A DNA stretch of 64,000 bases from Mustelus asterias (Eukaryota): contig NC_135830.1 of NCBI RefSeq assembly GCF_964213995.1, positions 14,384,001-14,448,000 of the forward strand, read 5' to 3'. The notes beneath the pieces are model-generated. The model ran no database searches, had not been told where the DNA came from, and saw only the letters and a program-made list of their open reading frames with translations. Below are positions 1 to 12,789 of the stretch, one piece after another; within the stretch, counting starts at the first letter, position 1, and each line of letters starts with the position of its first letter. The translations under genes and the position numbers were made by a program.

Positions 1-626
1 CCCTCTGTGTGAAAAAACTGCCCCTCTGGACACTTTTGTATCTCTCCCCTCTCACCTTAAACCTATGCCCTCTAGTTTTAGACTCCCCTACCTTTGGGAA
101 AAGATATTGACTATCTAGTTGATCTGTGCCCCCTCATTTTATAGACCTCTAGAAGATCATACCTCAGCCTCCTACGCTCCAGAGAAAAACGTCCCAGTCT
201 ATCCAGCCTCTCCTTATAACTCAATCCATCAAGTCCCGGTAGCATCCTGGTAAATCTTTTCTGCACTCTTTCTAGTTTAATAATATCCTTTCTATAATAG
301 GAACTGCACACAGTATTGCAAGTGCGGCCTTACCAATGTCTTGTAAAACTTCAACAAGACATTCCAACTCCTGTATTCAATATTCTGACCAATGAAACCA
401 AGCATGCTGAATGCCTTCTTCACCACTCTGTCCACCTGTGACTCCACTTTCAAGGAGCTATGAACATGTGCCCCTAGATCTCTTTGTTCTGTAACTCTCC
501 CCAACGCCCTACCATTAACTGAGTAAGTCCTGCCTTGGTTCAATCTACCAAAATGCATCACCTCGCATTTGTCTAAATTAAACTTCATCTGCTATTCGTC
601 AGCCCACTGGCCCAATTGATCAAGAT
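1..626 (-). mobile_element. CR1-type LINE ORF2 (RT C-terminal part) fragment
   Basis: ORFs 292..588 and 111..311 encode KCEVMHFG...LVRPHLQYCVQF and LERVQKRFTRMLPG...FSLERRRLR, typical of CR1 ORF2; frameshifted. Confidence 0.9.
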
Positions 627-1290
627 CTGGGTGTCTGAGTGCATAAATCACAAAAGGCTAATATGCAGGTACAGCAAGTAATTAGGAAAACTAATAGAAT
701 GTTATCATTCATTGTGATGGAAATTAAATACAGAACTAGGGAGGTTATGCTTCAGTTGTACAGGTCACTAGTGAGACCACATCTGGAGTACTGTGTGCAG
801 TATTGGTCAGCTTATTTAATCATAGAAATCATAGAAACCCTACAGTGCAGAAGGAGGCCATTCGGCCTATCGAGTCTGCACCAACCATAATCCCACCCAG
901 GCCCTACCCCCACATATTTACCCGCTAATCCCTCTAACCTACACATCTCAGGACTCTAAGGGGCAATTTTCTTTTTAACCTGGCCAATCAACCTAACCCG
1001 CACATCTTTGGACTGTGGGAGGAAACCGGAGCACCCGGAGGAAACCCACGCAGACACGAGGAGAATGTGCAAACTCCACACAGACAGTGACCCAAGCCAG
1101 GAATTGAACCCAGGTCCCTGGAGCTGTGAAGCAGCAGTGCTAACCACTGTGCTACCGTGCCGCCCCTTGTGTTAAGGAAGTGTTCAAGTATGCTGGATAT
1201 CAAGTATGTTCAAGTATGCTGGAGACAGTTCAGAGACGGTTTACCAGACTAATACCTAAAATGGATGGGCTGTGTTATGAGGGAAGGCTC
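627..1290 (+). mobile_element. CR1 ORF2 fragment split by a SINE
   Basis: QVQQVIRK...LVRPHLEYCVQYW (639-815) resumes as [13 protein letters not shown] after ~1170. Confidence 0.8.
818..1167 (-). mobile_element. tRNA-derived HE1/V-SINE-like SINE, full length
   Basis: Reverse strand: GGGCGGCACGGTAGCACAGTGG (A box), GGTTCAATTCC (B box), core TGTGTGGAGTTTGCACATTCTCC...CCTCCCACAGTCCAAAG, CR1-like tail ending GATTTCTATG repeats. Confidence 0.9.
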
Positions 1291-1333
1291 TCACATGTTC
1301 CTGAACTTCCTGCTTTTCCATTCTCGCTCTCAG

Positions 1334-1494
1334 TCTTTAGGGTCCTGGGGAATTCGAATCAGCACTGGCTGCAGCGTCTCATCTACTTCATCGGCAACCT
1401 GCTGGGGTTGGCCCTGGCCATCTACAAGTGCCAGGCAATGGGGCTGCTGCCCACACATGCCTCTGACTGGCTGGCATTCATCCAGCCACCCCAG
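1334..1494 (+). CDS. EMC4: ER membrane protein complex subunit 4, penultimate coding exon
   Basis: Pyrimidine tract and cag| acceptor at 1333, |gtgag donor at 1495; encodes [53 protein letters not shown], recognisable as the EMC4/TMEM85 C-terminal motif [19 protein letters not shown]. Confidence 0.93.
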
Positions 1495-1599
1495 GTGAGA
1501 TCCGCACTCTGTATGTGAGGGGGAGCCAGGAAAATAGGAAGAGGAAACCATTCAGGGCTGTGGAGCCTGAGAGGTTGAGTAGATTGGGCCCAATTCTTT

Positions 1600-1842
1600 T
1601 TATTCATTCGTGGGACATGGGCATCACTGGCTGGTCAGCATTTATTGTCCATCCCTGGTTGCTCTTGAAGGGCAGTTGAGAGTCAACCACAGGAAATCTG
1701 CCGCCCTTACCTGGTCTGGCCTGCATGTGACTCCAGAGCCACAGCAACGTGGTTGACTCTCAACAGCCCTTGGGCAACTAGGGATGGACAATAAATGCTG
1801 GCCAGTCAGAGACGCCCATATCCCACGAATGAACAAAAACAA
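1600..1842. repeat. Fold-back of a retroposon 3' tail (~90-bp inverted arms) in an EMC4 intron
   Basis: ttcattcgtggga...cagcatttattgtccatccct...gttgagagtcaaccac is mirrored by gtggttgactctcaac...agggatggacaataaatgctg...tcccacgaatgaa. Confidence 0.75.
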
Positions 1843-1844
1843 AT

Positions 1845-2210
1845 GAGGGATGGGGGAAGAGTGCAGGGAAAGTGGGGATGTCTTTGGGAATTGAGAGATA
1901 GGAGGAAGAGTGTGGGGAAAGTGGTGATATCTTTGGGAATTGAGGGATGGGGGAAGACTGGGTAAAGTGGAGATATCTTTGGGAATTGAAGAATGAGGAG
2001 GAGTGCGGGGAAAGTGGAGATATCTTTAGGAATTGAGGGATGGGGAGGAGTGCAGGGAAAGCGGGGATATCTTTGGGAATTGAGGGATGGGAAGGAGTGC
2101 GAGGAAAGTGGGATATCTTTAGGAATTATGGGATGAGGGAAGACTCCGGGGAAAGTGGAGATATCTTTGGGAATTGAGGGATGGGGAGGAATGCGGGGAA
2201 AGTGGAGATG
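1845..2210. repeat. ~47-bp purine-rich minisatellite, about 7-8 copies
   Basis: Recurring ggaaagtggagatatctttgggaattgagggatgggg. Confidence 0.9.
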
Positions 2211-2289
2211 AGGTTGATGATGAATAGTGGAGCAGGCTCGACAGAAGCTATTCCCACTCCGATTCTTACCACCTTCTCCTTTCACACAG

Positions 2290-2325
2290 AGAGTGGAGAA
2301 CACGGGCGGGGGCCTGGTCCTGTGA
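2290..2325 (+). CDS. EMC4: EMC4 last coding exon (RVENTGGGLVL*)
   Basis: ttctcctttcacacag| acceptor, phase 0 matches the previous exon; resembles the vertebrate EMC4 ending RMEFSGGGLLL. Confidence 0.88.
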   Translation, partial: RVENTGGGLVL

Positions 2326-3039
2326 TGGTCCCACTCTCCTCCTATCGCTCACTGAGACACGGCCCGAGGACGATCGACACCGGACATAACCTGCTGCCGT
2401 CTGGCTAACCTGAGACCAGGCTTTCTGTAGGTAACATGCCCTCCCATCACTGCCCCCCCACGCACACACAAACATTGGCCCGTGTACCTGTGACCGATGT
2501 GGAATGGCCGGAGATATTGACAGCAGGGACTGTGTATTTTTTCACTGGGGATTCAGTTGTTTATCATGTTGACCCCCTTTGCTGAGCCTCGGATGAGGGG
2601 CCTGTTCGGGTTGACGATGGGACTGGAGGTTCCTGGATCAGTCATTCCCAGCTTATCCTGGTGCCTCTCATTCTCTCTCACCCAGGTCAGAAGGTCACAG
2701 ATTTGTGTAACCTGTTCCTGAGATTCAAGCTGCTGTAACAGGTTCTCCCAGGGGTCCCTCAAACCATCTCTGAAATTAAGTTCCCTGGCTGTGTGTTGCA
2801 TCATGCCTTGTGGGATCTTGCTGTGCAGTCACCATCTCTTCCTACAGAACGACAGGCGGGAACATCGAAAGGAGGGAATGATTTAGCTCCTGTGCTTGTT
2901 CTGGGCTGTTCCAGTCCGCTCTGAATCAACACAGCAGCTTCCTGTTTCCCAAACACAGTCACTGCTGTTCACCTGGGAAACCCGGCAGGCACTGCACACA
3001 GCAGATCCTACAAACTGTTGGATAACCACCAAATGTTAG

Positions 3040-3190
3040 GCTGTTTGAAGGATAAAGATCGGCCCTCGGAAACCAGCGGGAGCTCTCCTTCGCTCCATCC
3101 AGTAATGGTCGTGGGATTTTACTATCCACCTGACACAGCAGTGAGTGAGGAGGGGGGGAGCTTGGTTTCACTTCCTCAGCACTGACAGCT
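3040..3190 (-). mobile_element. Degenerate DeuSINE-like relic
   Basis: Resembles, from memory, the reverse complement of the Deu-domain SINE core (gataaa...gtgggattttac.tccacctga...ggtttca); highly diverged. Confidence 0.4.
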
Positions 3191-3241
3191 GGAGGCAGGT
3201 GATTGACAGTGTAGTGTGTGCAGCTGACTGTGTGCCCACCT

Positions 3242-3912
3242 GGGCAGCATGGTGGCATGGTGGTTAGCACTGCTGCCTCACAGCGCCAGGGACCTGGGTT
3301 CGATTCCAGCCTTGGATAAATCATAGAATCCCTACAGTGCAGAAAGAGACCAATCGGCCCACCGAGCCTGCACCAACAACAACCCCACCTAGGCCCTATC
3401 CCCATAACCCCACGTATTTACACTGATCATATCCCCGACACTAAGGGGCAATTTAGCACGGCCAATCCACCTCAATCGCACGTCTTTGGAGTGTGGGTGG
3501 AAACCGGAGCAACCGGAGGAAACTCTCACAGACACTGGGAGAATGCACAAACTTCACACACACTTCACACAACCTGAGGCTTGATTTGAACCCAGGTCCC
3601 TGGTGCTGTGAGGCAGCAGTGCTCCCCATTGTGTCGCCCGTGTCTGTGTGGAGTTGGCACGTTCTCCCCGTGTCTGCATGGGTTTCCTCCGGGGGCTCTG
3701 GTTTCCTCCCAAACTTCAATATGTGCTGGTTAGGTGGATTGACCATGCTAATGCTAAATTGCTGCTTTATGTAACAAAATATGTGGATCAGGGTGATTAG
3801 TGGGGTAAATATATGGGGTAACGGGAATAGGGCCTGGGTAAGATGCTCTGTCAGAGAGTCAGTGCAGACTCAAAGGGCTGAATGGTCTCTTCTGCACTGT
3901 AGCAATCCTACG
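3242..3912. mobile_element. Nested HE1-like SINEs (+ copy split by a - copy at ~3320-3640)
   Basis: + head at 3242, reverse copy, then + core and tail resume at ~3640. Confidence 0.8.
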
Positions 3913-4319
3913 ATTTTGTCTGTGAGCATGCACGCTTGTGTCTGAGTGTGTGTCTGTGTGGGTGTACACGCATTTCAGTTCATGTGTGTGTGTGTACCTG
4001 TGTGCAAGCACATACACACACACACACACAAAACATGTATGTCTGCTTTCGCTTTATTTAATGATTGTGTTTGAGTCGTTCCTCTGTGTGTGTTTGTGGG
4101 GGGAGGGGGGTGCGGGGAGGTGGTCACTAATCCTCCCCCTCCCCATTCTGAGACTACACCCGAAGCAGGAGTGAACGGAAGAGGCCGGAGGCGAATCGAT
4201 AACCTCGAGGTGAGTGAGGAAACAGTCAGTGTGAGTTTGATGCTGCTGTGAAGAATGTGTCATGTCTTTTCACTGATTCTGTAACTGTGGAAATAAAGAG
4301 TTTGAGCAAAATGGGATAA

Positions 4320-4470
4320 AAGCAAATTACTGCGGATGCTGAATCTGAAACCAAAAGAGAAAAAACTTTGTCAAAGGGTCATCCAGACTCGAAACATCAG
4401 CTCTTTTCTCTCTTGACAGATGCTGCTAAACCTGCTGAGATTTTCCAGCGTTTTCTCTATTGCTTTCAGC
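4320..4470. mobile_element. Penelope-like element terminal fragment
   Basis: aaagggtcatccagactcgaaac...cagatgctg motif shared with copies at 30.3, 41.0, 42.3 and 63.2-63.7 kb. Confidence 0.55.
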
Positions 4471-5427
4471 AAAGCGGGGCCTCTGTAAAATGACAGCAGA
4501 CAAAGACGAGACTCAGATTTCACTGACTTCACCAGCTTAAGACTCTCTTGTTCCACTTTAAACTCTGCAACACTCTCGCCTTTTCTCTCCCACAATATTC
4601 AGGCTTCAGTAACCCGAGCTGGTGGTTAAATAACCATTCCCTATTTGCTGACTCATTTCACCATCACTCCTGTTCTTCCAGCACAATCCTGATCCCCACT
4701 TCCACTGCTGAAGAACACTAACAGACATCCCTCCCCCCGTGTTCGAGTCTTCAATGTTCACCTTTTCAGTTGGGTAGGGTTTCAATTGAGAATCAGAACA
4801 CATCCCATTTCCATCTCCTCGTGGTGTCTGGGCCAGATCAGGTAAATTTTCCATTAAAAGGTCTGTTTAATCTTTCTCCCCAAAGTCCAGCATCTACAAG
4901 GCACAACTCTTCTGTCTAATTGAATAAGCTCCAATTTTCTGAATTAGTGCAGCTCCAACAACTCAGGAAGCTCAACACCATCCAAGACAAAGCAGCTTGA
5001 TTGGCAATCCTTCTACAAACATCTACTCCCTCCAACACTGACTCACGTGGCAGCTGTGTGTACCACCTACAAGATTCACTGCAAGCACTCACCAAGGCTT
5101 CTTTGACAGCATCTTGCAAACCCGCAACCTCCAGCACCTTGGAGAAGGGCAGCAAATGCATGGGAACATCATCACCTGCACGTTCCTCTCCAAGTCACTC
5201 ACCATCTATACTCAGAGATTGATTACAATGTGAAATTCACTGCCACAGGAACTAGCTGGACAACTCATCGTTTAAAAAGGAAATGTGATGAGTACATGAG
5301 GGAAAGGAGATTAGAAAGATGAGCTGAAAGGCTGAAATGAGGGAGATGGAATGGGAGGTGTCTTGTATGAAATATAAACCCCAGCACAGACTAGTTAAAC
5401 CGAACAATGTCTTTCTGGTCTGGATAT

Positions 5428-5720
5428 TCATAGAATCCCTACAGTGTAGAAGGAGGCCATTCGGCCCATTGAGTCTGCACCCACCACAATCCCACCCAGG
5501 CCCTCTCCCCATAACCTCGTGCATTTATCCTAGCTAGCCCCCCTGACACTCAGGGCAATTTAGCATGGCCAATCCACTTAACCCACACATCTTTGGACTG
5601 TGGAAGGAAACCGGAGCAAACCCATGCAGACACGGGGAGAATGTGCAAACTCCACACAGACAGTGACCCAAGCCGGGATTCGAACCCGTGAGTCAGCAGT
5701 GCTAATCACTGTGTCGCCCA
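5428..5720 (-). mobile_element. HE1-like SINE
   Basis: Same head, core and CR1-like tail as 818-1167. Confidence 0.85.
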
Positions 5721-7267
5721 AGAATGAGAGAATTGTCTGTGATTCAATGTAATCTCTGACCGGTTCTTGATCAGTAAGTTCCACCATTTGCACTGCACCG
5801 GTTCAGAGTATAACCTGATGCTGAGTAATCACGCTGAGATTCTGCCATGTGTAACGTCATGAATTGTAACATGGTCATTGAAATTGGTGCGCAGAAATTT
5901 TCATCAACCAGATCCACTTTCGAAAATGTTCTCCCAAAAAATGCGCTCTCTCAGATCTTTTCAGCAAGGATCCACTTCCAGGATTTCAATCTCTCCTTTC
6001 ACTATTCTTCTGCCTTAGATTATCACATGCATTCAAGCTTCCACGCAATCTCTCAGGTACCCAGCCATGTCAACAGAACACTACTGTTTCACAGGTGGTA
6101 CCAAAGTCCCCAAGCTTAGGATTACTTCAGAGTCTGGCTTTTCACCAGCCAACATCACCATGTGTGTTGCCTTTAACTGGAAACCACTCTTTGCCCCTTT
6201 AACTTCAGGGAACAGAATCTTGTTCAGATTCCCTTTGACTTCAGTTTTCCTCAGACTTTTTTCATGCCCTGATTTCTAGAACTATCTGTTCTTAAACTTC
6301 TGGGACTTTCTTTCTTGCCCTTACTCCATTGTTGTGCCTCATGTTTCTGGCAGTTTCCTCTTCAGCTAACTCAGAAATTCTTTCTAACCCAAAATGGCCA
6401 CTGGTTGCCAAGTAACAACCTAATCTTTCTTTACACTTGTGTGTTTTCACATTGTAAATTCTCTAAACAGAATACGGGCAGTTTGAAATGAAACCAAAAC
6501 CTCATACATGCAAACACCTTTATTTAACATTAATCTATGAAAGTTTTAACCCTTCTGTACACAGAAACACCGAATTAAACTAACTTAAATCTATACCTTA
6601 TTTCTAATATCCAATAATACAAATATAGATTACTAAATCTGCTGCTTGACAGAGAGAAACTAAAGAAAGATGAGTTTAAGCTTGGGAAAATTGTTAGACA
6701 CAGTTTGAGCCAGTGGAAGGGAGGGAAACAGCAGAGGCAGCTGATCAGGTTGTCTCCATTTTAGTGACAAAGGAGCTCCATGAGCTCCTCAGACTTGTTA
6801 TCGGTGAGGATGGAGGAGAGAGGGAGAACCCTTCAAAAGGAACGAAAACAGAAAATGCTGGGACGGTAGGTTTTGTCTGTATGGTGCGCAAGAAACAATA
6901 CTGTTCACTGTATCCCAATACATGCAACAATAATAAATCAAACAAAAAATCAGATCAAAATAAGGTACTGTAGATACTGGAAATCGAACCTCAAAACTGA
7001 GTGAATCTCTTCCCAAACTCAGAGCAGGTGAATAGCCTCTCCCCAGTGTGAACTCGCTGGTGGACAGTGAGTTGAAATGATTCCCTGAACCCCATCTCAC
7101 AGTAAAAGCAGCTGAATGGTCTCTCATCAGTGTGAACACATTGATGACACATCAGTTTTCCATAGCTTTTATCGCAGTTCTCACAGTCTGGGCATTTAAA
7201 AGGTCTCTCCCCAGTGTGAAGCGGGGATGGTTGGAGGGGAGATTATAGAGTGAATCCCTTCCAAAAG

Positions 7268-7690
7268 TGTCCTGGACCAGAACCCATAAATTATGTTCGG
7301 AAGCCAGATTAGATCCAAACAAAGTTTTCTATTTTGGCATAAATGTGAGGATCGGAGGCTTCACTCCAGGAGTAATTCCACTGACAAATTAGGAATCTTT
7401 CATGGTCAAACAAACTTTATTTAATAACAGCTTAAATATAATTCCAAAAAATGAAGCAGCTTAACTATTAACAGTTGAACAATATTTAACAGTGAAAGGA
7501 AACAACTTTAATTTTTAATTTAGCACAATTTCAGTTCCAAATATGCAACATTCCTCAGAGATGTAGATCCCACTTCAGTTACAGTTAGAGACCATAAATA
7601 TACTTGCTATAATGAGTATAGACTGTCCTGAAGCTTTCAGAGAGAAGACAAGTCTTAGAGCAGCCTGTAGAAACCCTCCATCTTCAAACA
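7268..7690. mobile_element. Truncated paralog of the solo LTR at 57822
   Basis: cctggacc...ttcggaagccag...ggcataaatgtgaggat...ccactgacaaattag shared; follows the same tgaatcccttc finger-relic site. Confidence 0.65.
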
Positions 7691-7780
7691 GTCCCCGGTG
7701 TGCTTCCAGCTCTGACAGGTATCTGAAACTCTCCTCACAGTCTGTACATTTTCATGGTTTCTCCCTAATTTTAAATCCAA

Positions 7781-8749
7781 TCACAATAGTTCGTTGTGAA
7801 TTCGCTGGTGCGTCAGAAGATTCGATGAGGTAACGTATCCCTTCCCACACTGCAAGCAGGTGAATGGCCTCTCCCCAGTGTGAACCCGCTGATGTATTGC
7901 TAGTTTAGACGACTGATTGAATCCCTTCTCACACACAGAGCAGATGAATGGCCTCTCCTCTGTGTGGATTCGCTCATGTGTTGCTAGGTTGGATGAGTGA
8001 TTGAAGCCTTTCCCACACACAGAGCAGATGAATGGTTTCTCCCCAGTGTGAACTCGCTGGTGTGTCAGCAGAGTTGATGACCGACTGAATCCTTTCCCAC
8101 ACACAGAGCAGGTGAATGGCCTCTCCCCAGTGTGAATTCGCTGGTGTGTGAACAAGGTGGCTGACTGAGCAAATCCCTTTCCACACTGGGAACAGGTGAA
8201 TGGCCTCTCCCCAGTGTGAACTCGCTGGTGTTTCAACAAAGTAGATGAGTCAGCAAATCCCTTCCCACACTGGGAGCAAGTGAATGGCCTCTCCTGAGTG
8301 TGAGTTCGCTGGTGTATCAGCAGAGTGGATGAGTGAGAAAATCCCTTCCCACATTCAGAGCAGCTGAACGGTTTCTCCCCAGTGTGAACACGCTGGTGTA
8401 TTGCTAGGTTGGATGACTGATTGAATCCCTTCCCACATTGGGAGCAGGTGAACGGCCTCTCCTCAGCATGAGTCCTCTGGTGTATATGTAAGCTGGATAA
8501 CTGAGTGAATCCCTTCCCACACTGGGAGCAGGTGAATGGCTTCTCCCCAGTGTGACTGCGTCGATGAGTTTCCAGCAGGGATGGGTAATTGAATTCCTTC
8601 CCACAATCCTCACACTTCCATGCCATCTCCCTGTTGTGACTGCAATTATGTTCCCAAAGGCCAGATGATTGGTTGAAGTCTTGTCCACAAACAGAACACA
8701 TGTACAGTTTCTCCCCACTGTGAGTGGTGCTTTTTTCTTCCAATTTCAA
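7781..8749 (-). CDS. C2H2 zinc-finger protein, 11 tandem fingers, no effector domain seen
   Basis: 322-aa ORF of CxxC...HxxxH-TGERPF repeats; ORF start is TTG, first ATG ~8702; splice acceptor tttcacag| at 8852. Confidence 0.9.
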   Translation of the reverse strand: MKLEEKSTTHSGEKLYMCSVCGQDFNQSSGLWEHNCSHNREMAWKCEDCGKEFNYPSLLETHRRSHTGEKPFTCSQCGKGFTQLSSLHIHQRTHAEERPFTCSQCGKGFNQSSNLAIHQRVHTGEKPFSCSECGKGFSHSSTLLIHQRTHTQERPFTCSQCGKGFADSSTLLKHQRVHTGERPFTCSQCGKGFAQSATLFTHQRIHTGERPFTCSVCGKGFSRSSTLLTHQRVHTGEKPFICSVCGKGFNHSSNLATHERIHTEERPFICSVCEKGFNQSSKLAIHQRVHTGERPFTCLQCGKGYVTSSNLLTHQRIHNELL

Positions 8750-10199
8750 AATACAATGATATTCAGGTTACAATAAATTGACTGACTCCATCAGGTTCTG
8801 ATATCATGTTTTGTTTCAGTTTCTCAACTGCAAATCTTCCTCTTGTAAACCCCTGTGAAATTGATTTAAAACAGAAAAAAGTGAGTGAGAAAGAACCCAC
8901 AAAAACACAACGGTGGGTTGTGAAATTGAGCTGAATGCATCTGGTAATTTGTGGAGCTGCCGTGAGGAAAGCTGCTGGATTGTCACACAAACCCAACTGG
9001 TTCGCTGATGTCCCTCAGGGAATGAAACCTGCCACACAGCCTGGGTCTACACAGGACTTTGGGAGGAGATAGAGAGAAGTAGGAGTGGCTGAGGTGAAGG
9101 CAAGGGATTTTATACATCTACAACTTGACAAGAACTTTGACAGAATCTCACAAACCCTCAACTCCACCAAGATAGCAGATGGATATAAACACCATCACCT
9201 CTGAGTTCCTCCAACCCACACACCATCCTGACTTATCTGACTTCCAGTACTAAACGAACAGAAATTTCTTTCATATAAATACTGGGAAGACTGAACCCAC
9301 TGTCTTCAGTCCCCTCTCCAAGCTCCACTTGCTCGCCAACAACTCTATCCCTCTTCCTGGCAACATGTCTGACCTGAACCAGGCTGTTCACAACCCTGGT
9401 GAAATATTTCACCCCAAGATGAGCTTCCAGCCACATGTCCACATCATCATCACTATTTCCATCTCAGTGACATCGCCCGACTCCACCCCAGTCTCAGCTC
9501 ATCTGGAATTCTCATCCATTCCATTCTGATGTGAAACTCAGGGGAATGGGAATATAGAGAGGGAATGGGACTGGCTGAATTGCTCCAAAGAGGGTTGGCA
9601 TGGATTTGAGTTGCCAAATGGATTCCTTTTGTGTTGTAATGTCTCCATCAGTGGAAATAGGTAACGTTGACACAGTGCCTTTTATATATCAAGACGTGAA
9701 ATAGGGATTCATAAATAACATAGCACGTATCATATAACTACATTAAACATATCTCTGTCCCAGGCGAATTTACTGTTCATTCAAACAGCCTTCTCCTGGG
9801 AAAACTCCCCCTTTAATTGTGAACATTAGGTAAGAGGCTATCCTATTCTCCAGATAAATAAATGCGACAACCTGAGGGAGCCAAAAGATGTCAATATCTT
9901 TGAGAGAGAAAGAAAAAGATACCTGGGCCTAATCCTGCTAATTCCGATGTTCGTCTGTAATCGTTCCAGAGTCTGCAGCCTCCCTGGATTCACTTCCTTT
10001 CCCTTCAGTTGCTGCAAGTCCCCAATTTCCCCCAGAATGAGAAAAGAAATGGAAAGGGGGAAACATTGATTTCCTCCCAGATGTTACACAGGCGGAAGTT
10101 TCACTCTGAAAATCATCAACAAACTTCCGCATTCTGACGTCAATGGAGGCCTGCCTATATCAGCCAATATGAACCAGTCTGCACCGCAGTGACATCTTC

Positions 10200-10700
10200 G
10201 GGTTCCAGTGCCTTGCGGAGACGGGAGCCCCGCCCCCACCCATTGTTCCCCTCCCCCTACACCTCCTCCAGCCAAGGTTTCCAGGCAACCGGCTGGCGGC
10301 TCCGGCCAGAGTGAGAAGCCGCTCGGTGATCTCCCCCTCCCCCCTCTCTCTCCGGCGGCTGCGGCTCCAAAAAGAGATCGAGAGCGACCGCTGGCGGCAG
10401 CCGCACTGCGCCTGCTCCGGACAGCTCGGCTCAGCAGCACTCTCTGCGCCTGCTCCGGACAGCTCGGCTCAGCAGCGCTCTCTGCGCCTGCTCCGGACAG
10501 CTCGGCTCAGCAGCGCTCTCTGCGCCTGCTCCGGACAGCTCGGCTCAGCAGCGCTCTCTGCGCCTGCTCCGGACAGCTCGGCTCAGCAGCGCTCTCTGCG
10601 CCTGCGCGCTGGTCTGCCAGCTGAGGGAGTGGGGGAGGGGACTTTGCAAAATCTCTTCCCATCATTTTCTTCCAAGTCCCGCAGTTTGATTTGAAACAGA
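10200..10700. promoter_or_regulatory. CpG-island bidirectional promoter between divergent ZNF genes
   Basis: CpG-rich; NRF1-like TGCGCCTGC repeats; donor-like sites on both strands (- at ~10240, + at ~11014). Confidence 0.7.
10406..10610. repeat. 38-bp tandem repeat, 5 copies plus a partial
   Basis: ctgcgcctgctccggacagctcggctcagcagcgctct starting at 10406, 10444, 10482, 10520, 10558, 10596. Confidence 0.95.
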
Positions 10701-10717
10701 ACAGCTTCTGTTTGTAG

Positions 10718-10993
10718 CTTCACCACAGACTCAAACTTCACCACAGACTCAAACTTCACACACAGACTCAAACTTCACACACAGACTCAAACTTCACCAC
10801 AGACTCAAACTTCACCACAGACTCAAACTTCACCTCAGACTCAAACTTCACCTCAGACTCAAACTTCACCACAGACTCAAACTTCACCACAGACTCAAAC
10901 TTCACCACAGACTCAAACTTCACCACAGACTCAAACTTCACACACAGACTCAAACTTCACACACAGACTCAAACTTCACACACAGACTCAAAC
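10718..10993. repeat. 18/19-bp minisatellite, about 14 copies
   Basis: cagactcaaacttcacca / cagactcaaacttcacaca units. Confidence 0.95.
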
Positions 10994-11854
10994 CTCCTCC
11001 TCTGGACAACATCTGTGAGGAAAACACTTTCTTTCTCCCCCTGGGAAATGCAGAGACAGAGAAATTCTCTGGAACTGGAATTAGAGCCAAATATACTGAG
11101 GGGGAAATGTTTGTGATTTTGTGGAACCTGTTTTTATTGTCTGAGCTTTTTAAAGTGTAATTTATCTTGTCTATTCAAATACTGTTTATCTCTTTGCATG
11201 ATTTAGTGATGCTGGTTTTAGATTGATTTGTAAAGTATTTTTTTCAATGTGTAATCTTGTCCTTCAGTATTCCATTAGAACTTTCTGGAAATTTGTTTAC
11301 CTTTTAGATTAGTAACAACAGAGATATATCTTGTGTTCAAATATTTGGTATATTTATGTTTCGGTAATAAGATTCATTGTTTTATTCTTGTAATATAGCA
11401 TGTAGTTACGTTATATAGTTCCAGTCAAAGAGACATTACAATTCAGAAAGATTGCTTTTAAAATCTGGAGTAAATATAGTTTTCTCAAATCCCTTTCCCA
11501 TCATCTCTCTAATTAAGAAATGCGGCACTGTATACCACATGTTTTTAGTCCAGTTATATTCAGAATTATCTGTTCTGAATTTCTGTCCAGCACTGACGGT
11601 GATGATTTTTGTCAACTTCTTTTACAGGATAATGGAGGGAAGGATTTACAGATTGGAATCTCAAAGGAAACGTCAAGTGAAGAATTAACAGAATTGTCCG
11701 ATTATTGGGACCAGAATATTATCGGCATTTGAGTCCAGGAGAAATGTTTCTCTCTTCTATCTGCTTCAAAAGATTTTAAACATTGGTGTAACACATACAC
11801 ACACACCAACCGCAACTAGTCAGCAAACCTGAGAGATACAAGGACACTGGCACC

Positions 11855-12680
11855 ATGGAGAAACTGTGGAAATGTGGACATTGTGGGAAGGGATTCAGAT
11901 TCCCATCGTAGCTGGAAATTCATCGGCGCAGTCACACTGGGGAGAGACCATTCACCTGCATCAAGTGTGCAAAGGGATTTACTAATTCATCCGACTTAAT
12001 GACACACCAGCGGGTTCACACAGGGGAGAGGCCGTTCATCTGTTCGCAGTGTGGAAAGGGATTCTCTCGCTCCTCCAACCTCTGGATACACCAGCGAATT
12101 CACAGTGGGGAGAGGCCATTTACCTGCTCCAAGTGTGTGATGAGTTTCAGTCGGTTATCTCAGTTGCAGACACACAAGCGAGTTCACACTGGGGAGAGGC
12201 CATTCACCTGCTCTGAATGTGGAAAGGGATTCTCTCTCTCTTACAACCTACAGATACACCAGCGAGTTCACACTGGGGAGAGGCCATTCACCTGCTCTGA
12301 GTGAGGAAAGGGATTCTCTCTCTCGTGCAACCTAGCGAGTTCAAACCAGGGAGAGACCGTTCACCTGCTCTGAGTGTGGGAAAGCTTTCGCTACTTCATC
12401 TGACCTGCTGAGACACGAGCGAGTTCACACAGGGGAGAGGCCATTCAGCTGTCTAGAGTGTGAGATGAGATTTAATCGATTATCTCACTTGCAGACACAC
12501 CAGCGAGTTCACAATAGGGAGAGGCTGTTCAGCTGAGTGAGAAAGCATTCATTGATTCATCCAACCTTCTGACACACCAGTGTCTTCATGCTGGGGAGAG
12601 ACCATTCACTGGGTCTGTGCAGGATGGCATTCACTCAGTTATCCAATCTGTCCAGATACCAGTGAGTCTACAAGTGATGA
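11855..12680 (+). pseudogene. C2H2 ZNF pseudogene
   Basis: ATG (MEKLWKC) at 11855, in-frame TAG 11909-11911, TGA 12302-12304, later frameshifts; acceptor ttttacag| at 11627. Confidence 0.85.
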
Positions 12681-12789
12681 CAGGGACTGGATTCTGCTGT
12701 TATTGCTGCTGTTATTCACATCCAGAACTGAACCATGTTCACTCTGACAGTTTTATTTTTATTCAGTGTGGGACATGGATGTCTTTCCG

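Noticed and set aside
1806-2303. 165-aa proline-rich ORF
   Set aside because: Translation of the 47-bp minisatellite, antisense to an EMC4 intron
10718-10993. Repeat array as CRISPR, or the VKFESV ORF as a protein
   Set aside because: No unique spacers, eukaryotic context; the ORF is a translated minisatellite
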